The notes under the pieces are model-generated. The model did no database searches, had not been told where the DNA came from, and worked only from the letters and a program-made list of their open reading frames with translations. From Magallana gigas (lineage: Eukaryota), in NCBI RefSeq assembly GCF_963853765.1, contig NC_088855.1:28706001-28770000 (forward strand): 64,000 nucleotides of DNA, read 5' to 3'. A program made the position numbers and the translations under genes. Shown in pieces: positions 1 through 13,659 of this stretch. Each line of letters begins with the position of its first letter. The first letter of the stretch is position 1.

Positions 1-577
1 TATAAGTCTGTTGTTTGGTTAGCCAGATTTTTTCCCCCTTTTAAATCTGAAGATATCTCTTCATGTCAAAACATTTGTATAATGATGTCAGGGACAAGAC
101 AACCGCCATGGTGACAATAAATTTTGTCGAAAATTGACAAGTACTTGCAGTTCGTCAGAATTACATAATTTCTGTACTTTGTGCAAATGATATACATGTA
201 GAACACAAAATTAATTAAATCAAATTTCATGCAGACATGCAGACAAGATATTGAGTTACTATATTTTACATTTCCCTATTTATCATGGTTTAAGGACAAG
301 GTTGAACCACTTGATCTAATTACGACTCAACTAACTGTTTAACCTAATCCATAGTTCTCCAGCGATATCTGTTTTTCAATACAAAAAAAGACATTGTCAT
401 AAAATAATAAAATAATGAAAACGGTGTTCATGAACAACAGTGATAGCGAAATGGTTAGGAAACATATTTTAGGTTGTTTTGAAACCGTACACTGAACTCT
501 TCCAAATCCAAAGGTATATCTGGAAAATGTATAAACTCCTTATTAAGGTTATATACTAGATGACGCTGAATGTTGTG

Positions 578-1522
578 TTTTTGCTCACCTGAGCCGAAGG
601 TGTCGTGGTTGACGTCACCGTTAATTGTTAATATTTCCACTCTCTTCTCCTAAATATTAAAGCTCAAACTTTGGAAAAAAGCATTCTTGGTTGAAGAAGT
701 TTAAAAGAACTAAATCATATAGCTCAAACTTTGAAAAAAAAGCATTCTTGGTTGAAAAACTTTAAAAGAACTAAATCATATAGCTCAAACTTTAAAAAAA
801 AGCCTTCTTGGTTGAAGAACTTTAAAAGAACTAGATAGTTGGCCATTTTTAGACTTTATAAATCTCCATTAGAAGAAGAAGATTGGAAGAAGGAAATGTT
901 CAAACTTTAAAGTTAAATTTTATGAATTTTTTCCTTTACTAGACAATACCGGTAGTTTTTAACTTAACAAATCAGTTTTAAAATTTTAAGGTAGATCGGA
1001 TGGTTACTTTTGTTGACCACCCAGCCTCCTTAAAGTTTATCAATATAGAGATGATTACAAAAATAGGAAATGGAGTGGAGTGCTTAAAATCTCTTATTCC
1101 AACTATTAACAAAGCCTTGGCTTACTTATATATGATATACTTAAGTATGTTTAAATCATGACCCCTGGACAAAAAAAAGGGCCCACTGGCCTCTATCTAC
1201 ATGTAAGAAATAAAATGAACAGGAAGGCTACCACCACTAAAAAATCGTCAAACTAAGACTAAAGCAATAAAACATGTCAACTCATATACATAGCATTGAT
1301 TTTAAAATTTTAAGCGAACAACCAAAAAAAAAACCCACACACAATCATGTTCTTTCACCAAAATTCAAATGCCTCAAATTCCTAATCTATAGAATGCAGA
1401 ACTTCTCATGAAAGAGAAAACCCCCTTTTTGGCGGATTTTGCGGTGGATTGTATTAGCCTCTTTGAGGATGAGTTGAACATTGTTGCTCAGGTGAGCTAT
1501 ATAGTCTAATGGGTCTTTCGTT
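578..1522 (+). mobile_element. Degenerate non-autonomous Helentron/HINE-type element
   Basis: Subterminal inverted repeat GCTCACCTGAGC (583-594) / GCTCAGGTGAGC (1486-1497), followed by a decayed 3' hairpin and ...TT. The same end architecture occurs at 46362-53913. No coding capacity. Confidence 0.6.
661..833 (+). repeat. ~61-bp tandem repeat, about 2.8 copies, inside the HINE-type element
   Basis: AGCTCAAACTTTG(G)AAAAAAGCATTCTTGGTTGAAGAAGTTTAAAAGAACTA... starts at 661, 721 and 782. Confidence 0.9.
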
Positions 1523-4156
1523 CAAAAGATCACAATATTATGTTCTTTGTCGACATTGCCAATATATAGCTTATTAAGTTTGGTTCGAGACCAACACATT
1601 TTTTTTAATAAAGAAGGATGTGTGAATTATGATGACATACTTCTCGCTTTTAGGAACCAATGAATTTCTCTGGCTAATAAGGCCTCTTCCGTTGACGCAA
1701 TCAGCATTTGTTAATTAGCCCACATTACAGTTGGTATAGCAGTTTTGAGGCCGTGATGTGCTTATATAATTATGTGATTAAAAAGTAAAATAATGAACCA
1801 ATGCAAACAAAACTCAAAATGTATGAGTTTGGTTTGAAAACAATTGTGAAAAAACGTTGAAGAATAATATCCATAAGAGTTCTTATAGATTTCCAATAAT
1901 ATCCTTAAGAGTTCCAATAGAGAGTAAGGGAAAAACATATTAGATCATAGTTGTCATATCCCTCGAAACGTTTTATATGGGTAAATAGTTCCCCGTCTCA
2001 ACTCGGTTTCTGATCATCCCACTTGCTTTTCCAGTCAATAAGATACATGTAATTAAAAAATAAACCGGAATATTATACTTTTGTTACATAGGCTTACGAT
2101 AGTATTAATAATTTTAGCAAAGAGTTCTTACGACCTGGAAGCGTGGCATGGCCCAGACTCAATGCCGCTTGATCGCCTTTAAGGTCACGCCATCAACGAA
2201 AAAGCTGGGGAGAGCGAGCGGGGTTCCATCTGCCCAATAGGGGTGAGGGATCCTTCTTGGCCACCTTTAGTTTTGATGTAGCTCATTCATTTATTCCAAA
2301 TAACATAGTGTATGAATGAATGTTGGAATATACTGCATGTGTATTTTAAATTCGTGTAACTACATGGTTCGACTTGGAGTGCAAAAATCTAAATATTTTG
2401 TTCAGCCAACCAAAATGAATAAACATTGATAAATGGGAGATCTGAGAGTCAATCTACAAATGAAGAGGGAGACAGAAACATAAAAATGTTACGCAACAAG
2501 CTTTTCAAAGCAATAATTGTAAAAAAAAAAATATTTAAACAAAACAATTCTGCATTGAATCGGGCCATACAGTTTGAAGCGTATACATGTACATGTATAT
2601 ATTTTTTGGTATTCATTTCAAGCAAATATTTTTTATTTTGGCTTTCTTTTTGGTTTAGAAAATCTCAGACGACAGAAACCAGCATTGTAGATATCGTTAC
2701 AAACAAAATATCCTTTGGGAAATAAATGCGGGAATGTCGCTTGAAATCGTTTTTTTTTTTACTGAAAAGACTGTCTCGGTGTTTATGTATCTGACATAAA
2801 AAGAAATCAAATCCTGTTACTGAGCAGTACACATCTAAATATAATTCTGAGATTCGATTTCAAATTGCGGCTTTGTGGCAGTCTAGTCGGAATGTGCTTT
2901 CCAGCTTTAACAGCAATATATACGCTTTTTTTGTTTCCTTTTTCTATCAGGGAGTGAACTCGTTTGAAAAATTATGAAAATGAGTTCTATGGAAGACATT
3001 TGGATTAAAAAAAATAATTGATACAATATGATATGTACAAAATGAAATTTTGAAGTGAAATGAAGGGGCAGGTCTGGTGCAATACTGTGTACGAAGATAA
3101 GATATCATCAGTCACGAATAAAAATATTGTACTACATGTATATTGTGTTGGAGAAGACCAATATAAGTATAAGATTGTTCGAGGTCCGTAAGGGTAAAAA
3201 ATTGTTTGAAATTTTTCCATCATGAAATTGTATGAAGCATAAATATTCAGTACTGCTTTTAAAAACCATGATTTCATCTAAATTTCAGAACATGTAGTTG
3301 ATTTTGGTACACAGTCTGATTTTGAAGAATAAATGTGATATACCGATGCTGAGCTCCGTTCATTGGACTGCCAAAGATGAGAGAACAGAGAGAGAATTTC
3401 CTATCAACCACAAAGGATAGAAAGTGCACAACCCGGAGATTGTAAATTATTTCAACTCTTTATATATTGTCTTCCAAGGAAGACAGAAATGACGTTACGG
3501 AAATGTGGTGTTTTTTTTGTTTCATCGATGAATGTCAATCAAATGTTTTTTAAAGAATTGTTCAGCGTACCTTTTCTCTTCTTCGATGTTCAACTAAGTC
3601 AAAGCTTAATTTTTCGATAATATTTGGAAATATAAAAAAACTCAGAAATACTAGTATAATAAGTTCGCATCTTTTAAGAGAAAAAGTTTTAATCATCGTC
3701 ATGATTTTGATGATTAAAACTATGTTAGGAGGAAACATCTTCTTTTCTTGTTTGCACGATTGATAGATGCAACCCCCAAAAAGACAGTGTAATTAAGGAG
3801 CACACCCCGTGGCTCTTTGGAGTTCGATTGGATAATAAATTTGTAAGCTTGCTCTCGTTTAATTACTTTTTATGTTTTCCAGGTTGTCAATGTCTTTCTA
3901 CACGGAAATTAGCGAGATACAACTCATGTGTCGGAGATATACGCTGATTCTTTTGCAAAAATGTAGCGGCCATATTTTCATATTAACGATTGTAGACTAA
4001 AGACTCTCGTTTTCGCTTCAAATTGATACTTCTTTTCTATTTTCAAAAACGCGGAAAAAATATATTCACTACTGATTTATCAATATATGTACTATTGTAT
4101 CCCCCTCAGTACGAGTGTGTATGTTTGGGGGGGGGTGTTTAAATGATGTACTGTGC

Positions 4157-4466
4157 TGCGTTCAAGATCGTAATAGCTATATCCTAGTCGCTAGGTCGTA
4201 GATATCTAGGTCTTTCGAACGGACCGCTAGTTTAGCCGAGAGGTCTTTGATAAGACTTATTACATCGACATAATTTGTTACATATTTTGTTAATTTCAAA
4301 TGGAATTTCATAATAAATTAAAGGATGAACAAAACATCACTAAATTAGATAAATTTCATGTTTGTTACATAGTGGTAACTAATACAACCGTCTTGAATTT
4401 GATGCTGAGCATTAAAAATAGGCTACTTATACATGTAGATACGTAGCGGCTACGATCTTGAACGCA
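4157..4466. mobile_element. MITE-like element with a 16-bp inverted repeat
   Basis: TGCGTTCAAGATCGTA (4157-4172) and its exact reverse complement TACGATCTTGAACGCA (4451-4466). No clear target-site duplication. Confidence 0.45.
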
Positions 4467-4705
4467 CCCCTGGTGAGTTGGAATATGCAATGATGGGAGA
4501 CCATATGTGTACACATGTATTTGTTGTTGTGTATAAAACTTTATGAATGTATCTTTCAAGGATTTTGATCATTTCTTAAGGTAAATAAAAGTCACGATTC
4601 GACGTTAAACCAGCAAGCAAAAAACAGTTCCAAATTTCTTATAAATTTCGCAAAAATGTGACGTTTTTAATTTTGAATTATCCTGGTGACAATACGTACA
4701 ATTTA

Positions 4706-4760
4706 CATGACATGTTGTATTTACTGCCATTCGGTAAATTCAAAATTTACAACATGACAA
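4706..4760 (-). repeat. Partial copy of a ~65-bp hairpin mini-element
   Basis: ...GTATTTACTGCCATTCGGTAAATTCAAAATTTACAACATGACA matches the reverse complement of the copies at 18961 and 45501. Confidence 0.6.
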
Positions 4761-5819
4761 AAATATGCGGTACTGTAGGGCCATAGGAAGCATGGGCCAA
4801 ATCGTTTTTTTTTAAACGAAGGCAACAAACTTCAAGTAATTAATCAAAAATGTAATATTTTATAAGCAGGTTGATGATATAAAATTTGATGGATAGGGTG
4901 GGGTTTTTCGCTTTCAATTAAATATGTTTTCTGCAAAGTAAAAGGGGAAGAGTATCTTTGAACATCCGTTGGCAATTACAATCACATGGACCTTCTTTGA
5001 AATCATTATAGCTAATTAATAAAATTAAAGTTTTTGATCTCCACCTTTTCATGGGTTTTTCGTTGAAAATGCAAATGTTTGCTTTTGGTGTTAAATGAAA
5101 CTTGTTTAGAACCAAATCTGCAATATGAATATACATACATAAATTTTATAAGCTACAAAGAGTTTAAAGTCAGTGATGGAGTATAACTATGGTTCTTAAT
5201 CTTATTTAATCTAAATGATCAAAAGGGGCTTATATACCGCTACTAATGAATATTTCAACTTTTTGGGGAATACCAATTTTATTCCGATTTGAACGACTCT
5301 TATAGCTAATCTTATCCTTTTTTTTAAGTAAAAAAAAAAATTGTTCGTGACTCTGTCTTATTCCTTGAAAGGACTGACTTCGATTTCTTTCTTTTCTGTG
5401 ACAAGGAACACGATGGCGAGAGGTTCTTCAGTACAGTTAACCCAATAAATATCTGATTGCAACGGGAGCATCTGGGGCTATACCGGAAATCAGAAACATG
5501 ATGACATATTTCGGCAATGTCGCTGTCAACTGTACGCAATCCCGTTCTCTTGATTTTCTATTCTATTACCGCATTATACTAATGAAACTCGCTTTTGGGC
5601 GTAGATGTAACAGTTTCCCTCGACAAACATAATTTTGAACGACTTTAATGTTTTGCCTCACAAATGATAAACCTGTGCGCAGTGTATATGGTGCAATCAA
5701 TAAGTCTAGTATTGTGATATAAACAATGTACATTTTGTATGCGTCATGCCTATATTATTAATTTTCTTAACACTGACTAAGTGATAATGACAATGCATTA
5801 TAATTAGACAGACTTGTCG

Positions 5820-6655
5820 GGCACTAAGCATCGCTTTTTGGAGGAAAAAAAAACAGACTTACCCAAAAGCTTAATTGACAAGCAAAAAAAAAAAAACAAA
5901 CAAACAAACAACACAATTTAAATTAAAAAAAAAAAACAGTATTATTTGCCAATCATCAAAATTTTAATCTCGAGAGTTTGGGGGTTAGGGGTTTTTTGTT
6001 TTGATTTTTTATCTATTTATTTATTTTTATTTTATTTTATTTTTTTTTTGGGGGGGTCATACAATTTTCTTATGCTCCCCAAAGAGTGGGGGTCTCCTTT
6101 CAAGTTCAACTTTCTATAGGGGACAGGCCCCGTCCCCCCCACCCCCCCCTCCGATATCTGATCTGCATGTAATTATTATTTGATAGGAAAAACTTAATTA
6201 TAGTCATGAGTCACGATTACTAAAACTGGCAGTTTATAAACGTCTGTAGACTTAATTAAGAGATTGTTAAGTGTTATTTCTTGCCAATTTATCGTTCAAA
6301 TCTGCATGCATTATAACATGTATTCTCGACTCATGACATGTTATTATGAACGATATAATCATTTTGTTTATTCATTAGATCCCAGCTCACCAACTTTTTT
6401 GCGCAGCAAAGATTTTTCTTATATATACATACAAAAAATTAACATGGAGTTGCCCCCCCCCCCCCCCACACACACACACTTTTATGGGACCATTTAAAAA
6501 ATTGAATTGAAAAATTGAAAATAAGGAAATAATCAGTGAAATAGAAGTTATGATTATGATTTTCAGAATTTTTTTTTTTGCTTGTCAAGATTTTTTTGGG
6601 ATGAGTCTGCCCCCCCCCCCCCCCCCCACTTTCAAAAACGATCCTACGTGCCTGC
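5820..6655. repeat. Degenerate inverted-repeat element
   Basis: The left arm AGCATCGCTTTTTGG..CAGACTTACCC..TTGACAAGCAAAAAAAA resembles the reverse complement of the right arm TTTTTTTGCTTGTCAAG..GGGATGAGTCTG..TTCAAAAACGATCCTACGTGCCTG. Confidence 0.4.
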
Positions 6656-6659
6656 TCCT

Positions 6660-8450
6660 AGTAAGTTCCCGTTCAAGAGCTTCTGCAAATTCTGTGTGAG
6701 ACACAGCGATATTTTGCTGACGTTGATGCGAGGAATTACTTGTTTCTTTTAGGTGTGGAATTTCTTTGGTTGCAAGGTTGATAGCTGGAAGCTGTACTAA
6801 GAAGAGGTCTGAGTTTACTTGAATGTCAGTGTTTTGATCGTGGTTGTCTCAGTGACACCCTGTGTTGAGTTCAGGTCTTGAAATACGAATTGGTAGTACA
6901 CAGGTTGTGAAAGGTCCATAGCTCAAGCAGGTACGCTGGCTGTTTTCTCTCATATTGCCTACGTCTAACTTACCAAGGCTGGAAGGCTACGAATCGTAGT
7001 CTGCATGTAATGAATACAGGGAAATAATCGCCTCAGTTTTATTTTTGTCCCTTTCGCCCTCGTTATCTGCATGCAAATAGAGGACTGATCGAATTCCAAT
7101 ATCTCAAATTATTTCTCTTTGAGCACAACTGTGTATGGGCGAATTCAAGCCGGGGCAAAACTGTTCGCAAGTGTAGAAGAGATAAATTTACACGATGCGA
7201 AAATAACCCTGTATACAGTACTCTGGCGTTAAAGTCGCCCAAAAGAATAAGCTATTCTCTGTTTGGGGTGCTACTGACGACTAACAAAATGTTCTCATAG
7301 AATAGACCCTTTGTTTCTGGTGTAAACATGGTTAAAGTGAGTGTAGGAACTATCACACTTACAAGGGTGATCGGACCTGTGGTAGCGAAGGTTGAGATGT
7401 CGTTAGATTCTTCTGAGCCTTTGTCGTATAATTCAAACATAATTACTATGTTGTTTGTCACTGCCTACAGCATGCTATCGAGGCTCGTTCGAGGCCCTAC
7501 CCTGCCAGTAGAATGTGTAATCCTTTTCCTTTTACGTGACAGAGTTTCCCAGTCCGGCTGAAGGGCAGTGATGTCTCCATGTTGTCGCAAGAATTCGGTA
7601 TTATGACCGCTGTCTTACAGGAGTCATCTTTATCCTGCAGGTCATTAAGTTCGTTCAGCATCTCAGTGTAAGAGCTGCTCTCTGTCTCTTTGCGTTGCTA
7701 GTCTACTGTTTAGAACGTTCCTAATCCTCATGCACTAAAAAAACGGCAGACTGTGATTGGAACTGTTGCTCATCATGAAGATTCCACACTATAGAAGTGA
7801 GGCCGGAGTGTCCTCTCCAGGTGATCGGACACTAGCCAGGGCTGTGAATAATGGAGGACAATGTGTTCCCATGCAGCAGACCCCCCTCTCTACGTCATAA
7901 ATGGATCAAAAGGAGCGGCAGGTTACTAGTTTGGCACCAGTCCCATCGCAGGAATCGCCATAGAAATGCTTCCAGCAGTGCCGAGCTGCCCTAGGGAATC
8001 CATTTCCGTATTGTTTACTAGAGGTTTACTCTTGAAGCTCTTTCTACAGATCTGCCAAGTTAAGTAGCTTAACCATACCAGAATGCCTGAAGTCCAGGAG
8101 ATGCTGTTTGACGCACAAACCTTTTGGGAGCACTTTATAGATCAATGGAACTTATCTCTATTATCCTTATTATTGAACAGGTTTTAAGGTTGTCAAAGCC
8201 AGGGGCGGCTTTGACAACCTTAATACCTGCTTAATGTATAGAAACATTTTAAGGTGGTATAAGACACCTCGATATTGGGGGTTGGGCAAGGGGCTGCGGG
8301 AGATAAAGGAAAAAAGTCTGGGTCATCCATCCAAACTTTTTCAAACCAGGAGCTGCAGACATTCAGGAACAAATTATAATGTAGCAGGAGGTTAGATTGA
8401 AGATGTTTCAGACCTTCTACCACTTGTGGTTACCACAATCTGAAAAGTTG
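6660..8450 (-). mobile_element. Decayed RTE-clade LINE: 5' region plus apurinic endonuclease domain, no reverse transcriptase (boundaries approximate)
   Basis: Broken minus-strand translation gives endonuclease-like motifs: KDYTFYWQG, ITLVSV..PT....TPETKGLFYEN, LILLGDFNAR, GNMRENSQR/LLEL..FHNLCTTNSYF, PRINVSK. It has stops and frameshifts. Confidence 0.75.
7015..7220. mobile_element. ~200-bp MITE inserted into the LINE
   Basis: Imperfect terminal inverted repeats TACAGGGAAATA... / ...ATAACCCTGTATACAGTA. It interrupts the endonuclease frame between the GDFNAR and GNMREN segments. Confidence 0.5.
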
Positions 8451-9782
8451 GGGGAGAGTATATAGAAATGAGCTTCTTGGATATAACTTGTGAAATTTAT
8501 ATATTTAGCAATTACTATACAAAATTCTCAGTTTTAGTAAAACCATTATCTATAGATGTTAGAAATGATCCATAGTTGATGGACAGCCAATTCGAAATTT
8601 TAATTGAAGAAAGTCTGCAGATGAAGGCTACAATTTGTGATATACATGTATAACAACAAAGAATTTCAATTTCCCGTGTATGAATTGAAGACTCTTCCAG
8701 GTACCATTCATTTCAAGATAAAAAAAACAACAAAAGGAAATCCAATCTTTTTTTTTAATGCATGCAAATCATTCATGCACAAAGTAAAAAATAAATAGTG
8801 CAAGCAGCTTAAAAACAAATAAGCCTTTGGCCAGCCAATGGAGTAAAATTCATGTACCAATATTAAATAGTAAATACCAAAATTCAAAATAAAAATTCTA
8901 AGCTACATGTATGTGACATTTTTCCTAAATCTCCCTTTCTTGTGATTAATTCAACCTTTTGAATAGTATAATATTATAACAAACACTTACTATTGGAAAT
9001 ACAATTTTTCAGTATTTGATAAAGAATATAAAGTATTTGATATAAAATATCAAATAAACTGTGATTTTGATACAGAAAGGGCAAAATAAAAAGCTGTGTA
9101 ATTTCCTGTTTATGTCCACACAATATACACTATAACACAATATACCTGTATATGTACAAAACATACTACCAGAGTATCAGTGCAAAACTAACCCAATAGA
9201 GTCCAATCCCCCCACCCCCCCCCCCCCACCCCGACTTTATATCCCCAACCCCTCCCCCCCCTCCCCCAATAAAAAAAAAACCCACCTTATCTTAATCCTA
9301 AAAGTTGTGAAAAGTTGAACTCTATATTGCATAAAACACTATTTTAAAAATTACCTGTATTAGCTATCATAATTATCTATGTAATAGGTAAACTTCATGA
9401 AGTCAGAAGACCTAGCAAGACCTACTTGTATCTACAGCTATAATTTGTTCATGATTTAACTCTCTGCATGTTAACTCCCCAATTTCTACTAAAGGCTGGC
9501 CTAGACTTTTTTACACTATGTACAATATAAACTGTCAATATGACATAAATATATCTATCTATTTACAATGTACTGTATATATAATATACATATTACAGTT
9601 GTGCACAACATAGCTGTCAACATGACAGATTTAAATATATATACAATATACATATATAAAAACACTGATTCTGTAGACCAGTCTGCTGTTCTGGTGGTTA
9701 TTGTGTCAATCACAACTGTTCAAAAAGTCACTATCATTTGTCTCATAGCAATCAAGAACAACACTCAGAAGTCTGTTCCACA

Positions 9783-11075
9783 TTAAGAGAGCACTGTGAA
9801 TTTCCTCACAAGACAAGTGTTTTTGACAGTCTTTTTCACACAAGAAGAGTGGTTCACATGATCAAACCACCACTCTCCATCTGCACCAATGTCCACATAC
9901 ACGGTACAACTTCTATGCTAAAAAGAGAGCAAGATAATAACTCTTTAAAATATTACCTTGAAAAATATCAATGCAAAACATAATCATTTTTGATTATAAT
10001 AACTTTCTGATTAACCATTAATATTAAACCTTGACCTTTAATTAATTGATCCAGGTTGTAGGTGGACACACAAATAGACAAGCAGTGATGCTTCAATACG
10101 TCTGTACTTACACAAGAGTTGCTCCTTCAGCAGACAATGAAGGAGCTGTCAAGCTGCGAATGCTGCACACATCGTCTCCTAGCAACCTTGTGCTTCCTTT
10201 GTTGTGGCACAGTGTGCTTCCTTTGTTGTACATGTGGCACATTGAGACGCACAGGGCGATGTCTGAAACTGGTGCGAGCTAACCACTCAATCTGTTCAAG
10301 TAGAGAGAAAGGACACTATTGAAACAATGCAAAAAATTGAGGAATTATATCTATTGACATTATAGTCCCTATCTTGGATAGCAACATACATTAACTGTGA
10401 TTGTTATATATACTGTAGAACTATATAAAAACCAGTACATTTATTGGTATACATACGGTGTAGGTGGGTTGCGGGACTGTAGGCAACTCCCTTCGGTCTT
10501 CTGACTTGTTAATTGCACTTGTCAATTGGTACTGTAAACCAAAAACAAAATGAGAATATACAGTCTTTGTTAAATGCTCACATGGTCACATATTGCATTC
10601 ATACCCAATTTTTGATAAAAAAATTTATATTTATTAGTTTCCAGTTTTTCGTAGCATATATTTTAAAACATAAATGGTTTGTTTATTTTAATTAGAATCA
10701 AATGCCATCCAAAATAATACAATAATGATGGATGGTGACAAGTCGATCAGCTCAGTTGATAAAGAGATCTGAGTCTACAATCATGAGAAATGATCACGAA
10801 TCTCAGAAAGTCTTACATAGTCATTCATGTGCTCTTTCCATGCATGACGGAAGGAGACAAAAGATGGCTGTTGCTGTAGAACACAAAGCACAGAGTGAGA
10901 GAAGGAAATAAGAGGGAGAGAGGGGAAGAGAGAGAGAAGGAAACAATATGTGCACATAAAAAGGATTGAAATACACAAAATAAAGAAAATGAAACAGTAC
11001 ACAGAAAGAGAATACAACAGTACACAGAAAAAGGGAGGGGTAGAGGGAAAATTAAGGACTTAGTTCAAAGGAAGG

Positions 11076-11143
<68 letters not shown>

Positions 11144-11388
11144 AGATTTGGACCCAAGGAGAAAGAAGGAATATTTGGTGACACTGTCTCTCTATTAAAT
11201 CAATTCTATTTATGTTCCTAAGAAATTGAATCACTCATTGTGTACTTATCCACATATCAATGCACTGTATGTTCAACCATACACATTTCATTGGGTACAT
11301 GTATTACATTTTGACATACAGCATGCTGTTGAAACTTGACTCTATATTTTGTGGAACCAAACATCCACAATGAAAATGTGCAGAAGAT

Positions 11389-11421
<33 letters not shown>

Positions 11422-12085
11422 GGTTGCATGTTTTCTTGAATCAGGACTACTCTATAGACTACAGCACTTACACTAGATTTGATGTGGAGTTCCAGCAACA
11501 CATCATACCACTGTCGGTCATTAGAATGACTGGAGGAGACATCTATGCTGTGCTGAAATTTGTAATTATTTTCCAATATGAATTAATAAAGTTTTTGAAT
11601 GTATGAAGGTTTTTTTTATCAATCCAATCTGTATATTTCATAAACCAGCTTTGTTTTATAAATTTGGCATAAATATTAAATTCATAAGAGTGTTCTTTTA
11701 AGATGAAATATCACACAGCTAAACCATTCGCTTGTCTGCAACATTGGTACCCCCCCCCCCCCCCATTATGTTGACTACTTGATATCAAATGCACTGTATA
11801 TTATTTTTTAACTTATTACTTTTATATACATATGTAGGGTTATTGCATCATTTAATATTAATTTGAAGTCATGAGACGAGAGAAAACTGATTTAGTAAAC
11901 AATAAATATTGACATCCATCATGGCGACATTTTGGCAAAATGGTATCCCGCATTGGACAGAAAATGAATTCACATTTTAAAGGGTTAAATTAATACTATT
12001 GTGAAAATAAAACGTTAATTTTGAGAGCCATTACCCTCTTTGACGAGCTCTTGCTCTCTCTTTCGGATGATCGCTCTCTTTTCAT
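9783..12085 (-). other. Candidate spliced transcript (small orphan protein or lncRNA), five exons
   Basis: Exons with GT/AG sites and pyrimidine tracts: 12085-12035 (from ATG, MKRERSSERESKSSSKR), 11552-11472, 10873-10817, 10262-10112, 9917 onward (in-frame stop at 9785-9783). The first three junctions are phase 0 and open. No recognisable homology. Confidence 0.4.
11079..11146. repeat. (AG)n microsatellite
   Basis: Direct observation; two small interruptions. Confidence 0.95.
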
Positions 12086-13659
12086 TGTGATTTTCTTTGA
12101 TTTTTGCGCTCTGTGTAAAAACACGTCTGATTGCCACCGATCAAATTCAGTAACTAACGTGGTAACCAAATCGCGACGGTATATATACCTAACGTGATGA
12201 CGTTACCCCTAACGACGTCTGACGCTGGATACCGGGGATATTCATACGCTGTACACATTAACATACCTTGTATTATAGAAATATCCAAACATAATCCCTG
12301 CTGAAAAGTCTCATGCAAGTTTTTTCCCAGTTGAACATAAAAAAACATGACGTCATATATTACTTGTCGCGTTTGTTTTGGCGCACTTTGTTTTCAACGT
12401 TGAATATGAGGAAATGGTTCAGGCGCGGATCCAGAATTTTTCAAGTGGGGGGATGGGGATTTGCTGGTATGAAATGCATCATCGTCTTAATAAAGCCACG
12501 GTCTTGAGTCCACGTAGGTGGAGAGGTCGTCCATCCGAATATTTTAGACTGGAAGCTACAGCATGAACAGACCTACAGCTATAGAGAGAACTCAGTGTAC
12601 ATAGGCCTATATGGTTTGCAATGAAAGACGCACATGTAGGCTTGCAGGATTTTTTTTTCAGAGGGAGCGGAGGGGGATTGGGAGCGGGTACTTAGAAACC
12701 CCAAGTGTAATCAGAGGCGGGGGGGGGGGGGGGTTCAGAAGCTTTTAATGGTTTTTAGATTTTAAAGAATAAAACGAAACCGTGAAAACAAGAAATGGTT
12801 ATCCCTTTTAAAGTATGTATGTTATATATATTACCATTTGTTTGAAGAAAAAAATCTAAAGAAAAATCGCCCTTAATTACTGGGTTTTATCAATAATCTT
12901 GTTTTTTAACAACGTTGCAGGTCAGAGGTTGATATCTAAACCGAATAGGAATTTTACAATTTATATATTAAAAATATGAAAAATTGCACAATAATAACAT
13001 TTTAAATATTATGCAGAATTCTTTTAGTACTCTTTTGAAAAAAATAGAGCTATAAGTTCTTAAAAGCAGAAGGATCGGATACTAGTTTAAGCCTTGAGAT
13101 ACTATTTTTCTTCCACAAAAATACAGTTCTTGCCGAATAAAATCTAAAAAAAAAAATGCCAACTTATTGAATACTGACATCACTAGCAGTAGATGCACGG
13201 CAAGTCCCTATAGCTGCGTATTATACTGTGCTTTCAATCTTCGTGGATTAAGTTAAAATCACAGTTTCTAGGATACATGTAAGTAAATTCATGGCCAGTG
13301 ATCATATCAATACAAAATTTATTAGATAAATATAATGCACATCAATGAACATTACATTTCGTGGATCATTGCAACTAATAATAAAAATTTCCAAAAATTG
13401 ACATTTCAAACATATCATTTTAATCATAAGTACAAATACCGCCGAAACATTCACATATTACACTCTATATTTTAGCCTATGTTAATTCACACTCTTTTTC
13501 TCCCTGCCTCTCTCTTTCTTTCTCTTTATTTTTCTTTTTTTCAAATCCTTTTTTGCATTGTCAAAGGGGGGTCAACCCCCATAATCCCCCTCCCCGTCTA
13601 GATACACCACTACGATGAAAATGCATTTAACATTATTCCCTATTATACTACTGTGAGGA

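Noticed and set aside
661-833. Short direct repeats (also 25246-25322 and 63750-64000) as CRISPR-like arrays
   Set aside because: The units are contiguous with no unique spacers, there are no cas genes, and the context is eukaryotic.
1578-1595. GGTTCGAGACC B-box-like motif as a tRNA or SINE
   Set aside because: No A box, no cloverleaf and no acceptor stem around it.
3060-3187. ATG-initiated 42-codon open stretch ending in a GTAAGG donor (MKGQVWCNTVYEDK...)
   Set aside because: No convincing downstream exon chain or homology; could be chance.
11255-11390. Possible H/ACA snoRNA on the minus strand (TTCAAC/GTTGAA stem followed by ACA); similar weak candidate at 10445-10540
   Set aside because: The two-hairpin structure and pockets could not be built convincingly by eye; left for a covariance-model search.
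11052-11606. ORF-track entries with poly-LS, poly-G or poly-P runs (also 6001-6497, 34638-34859, 47046-47273, 56175-56363)
   Set aside because: These are translations of microsatellites and homopolymer runs, not genes.
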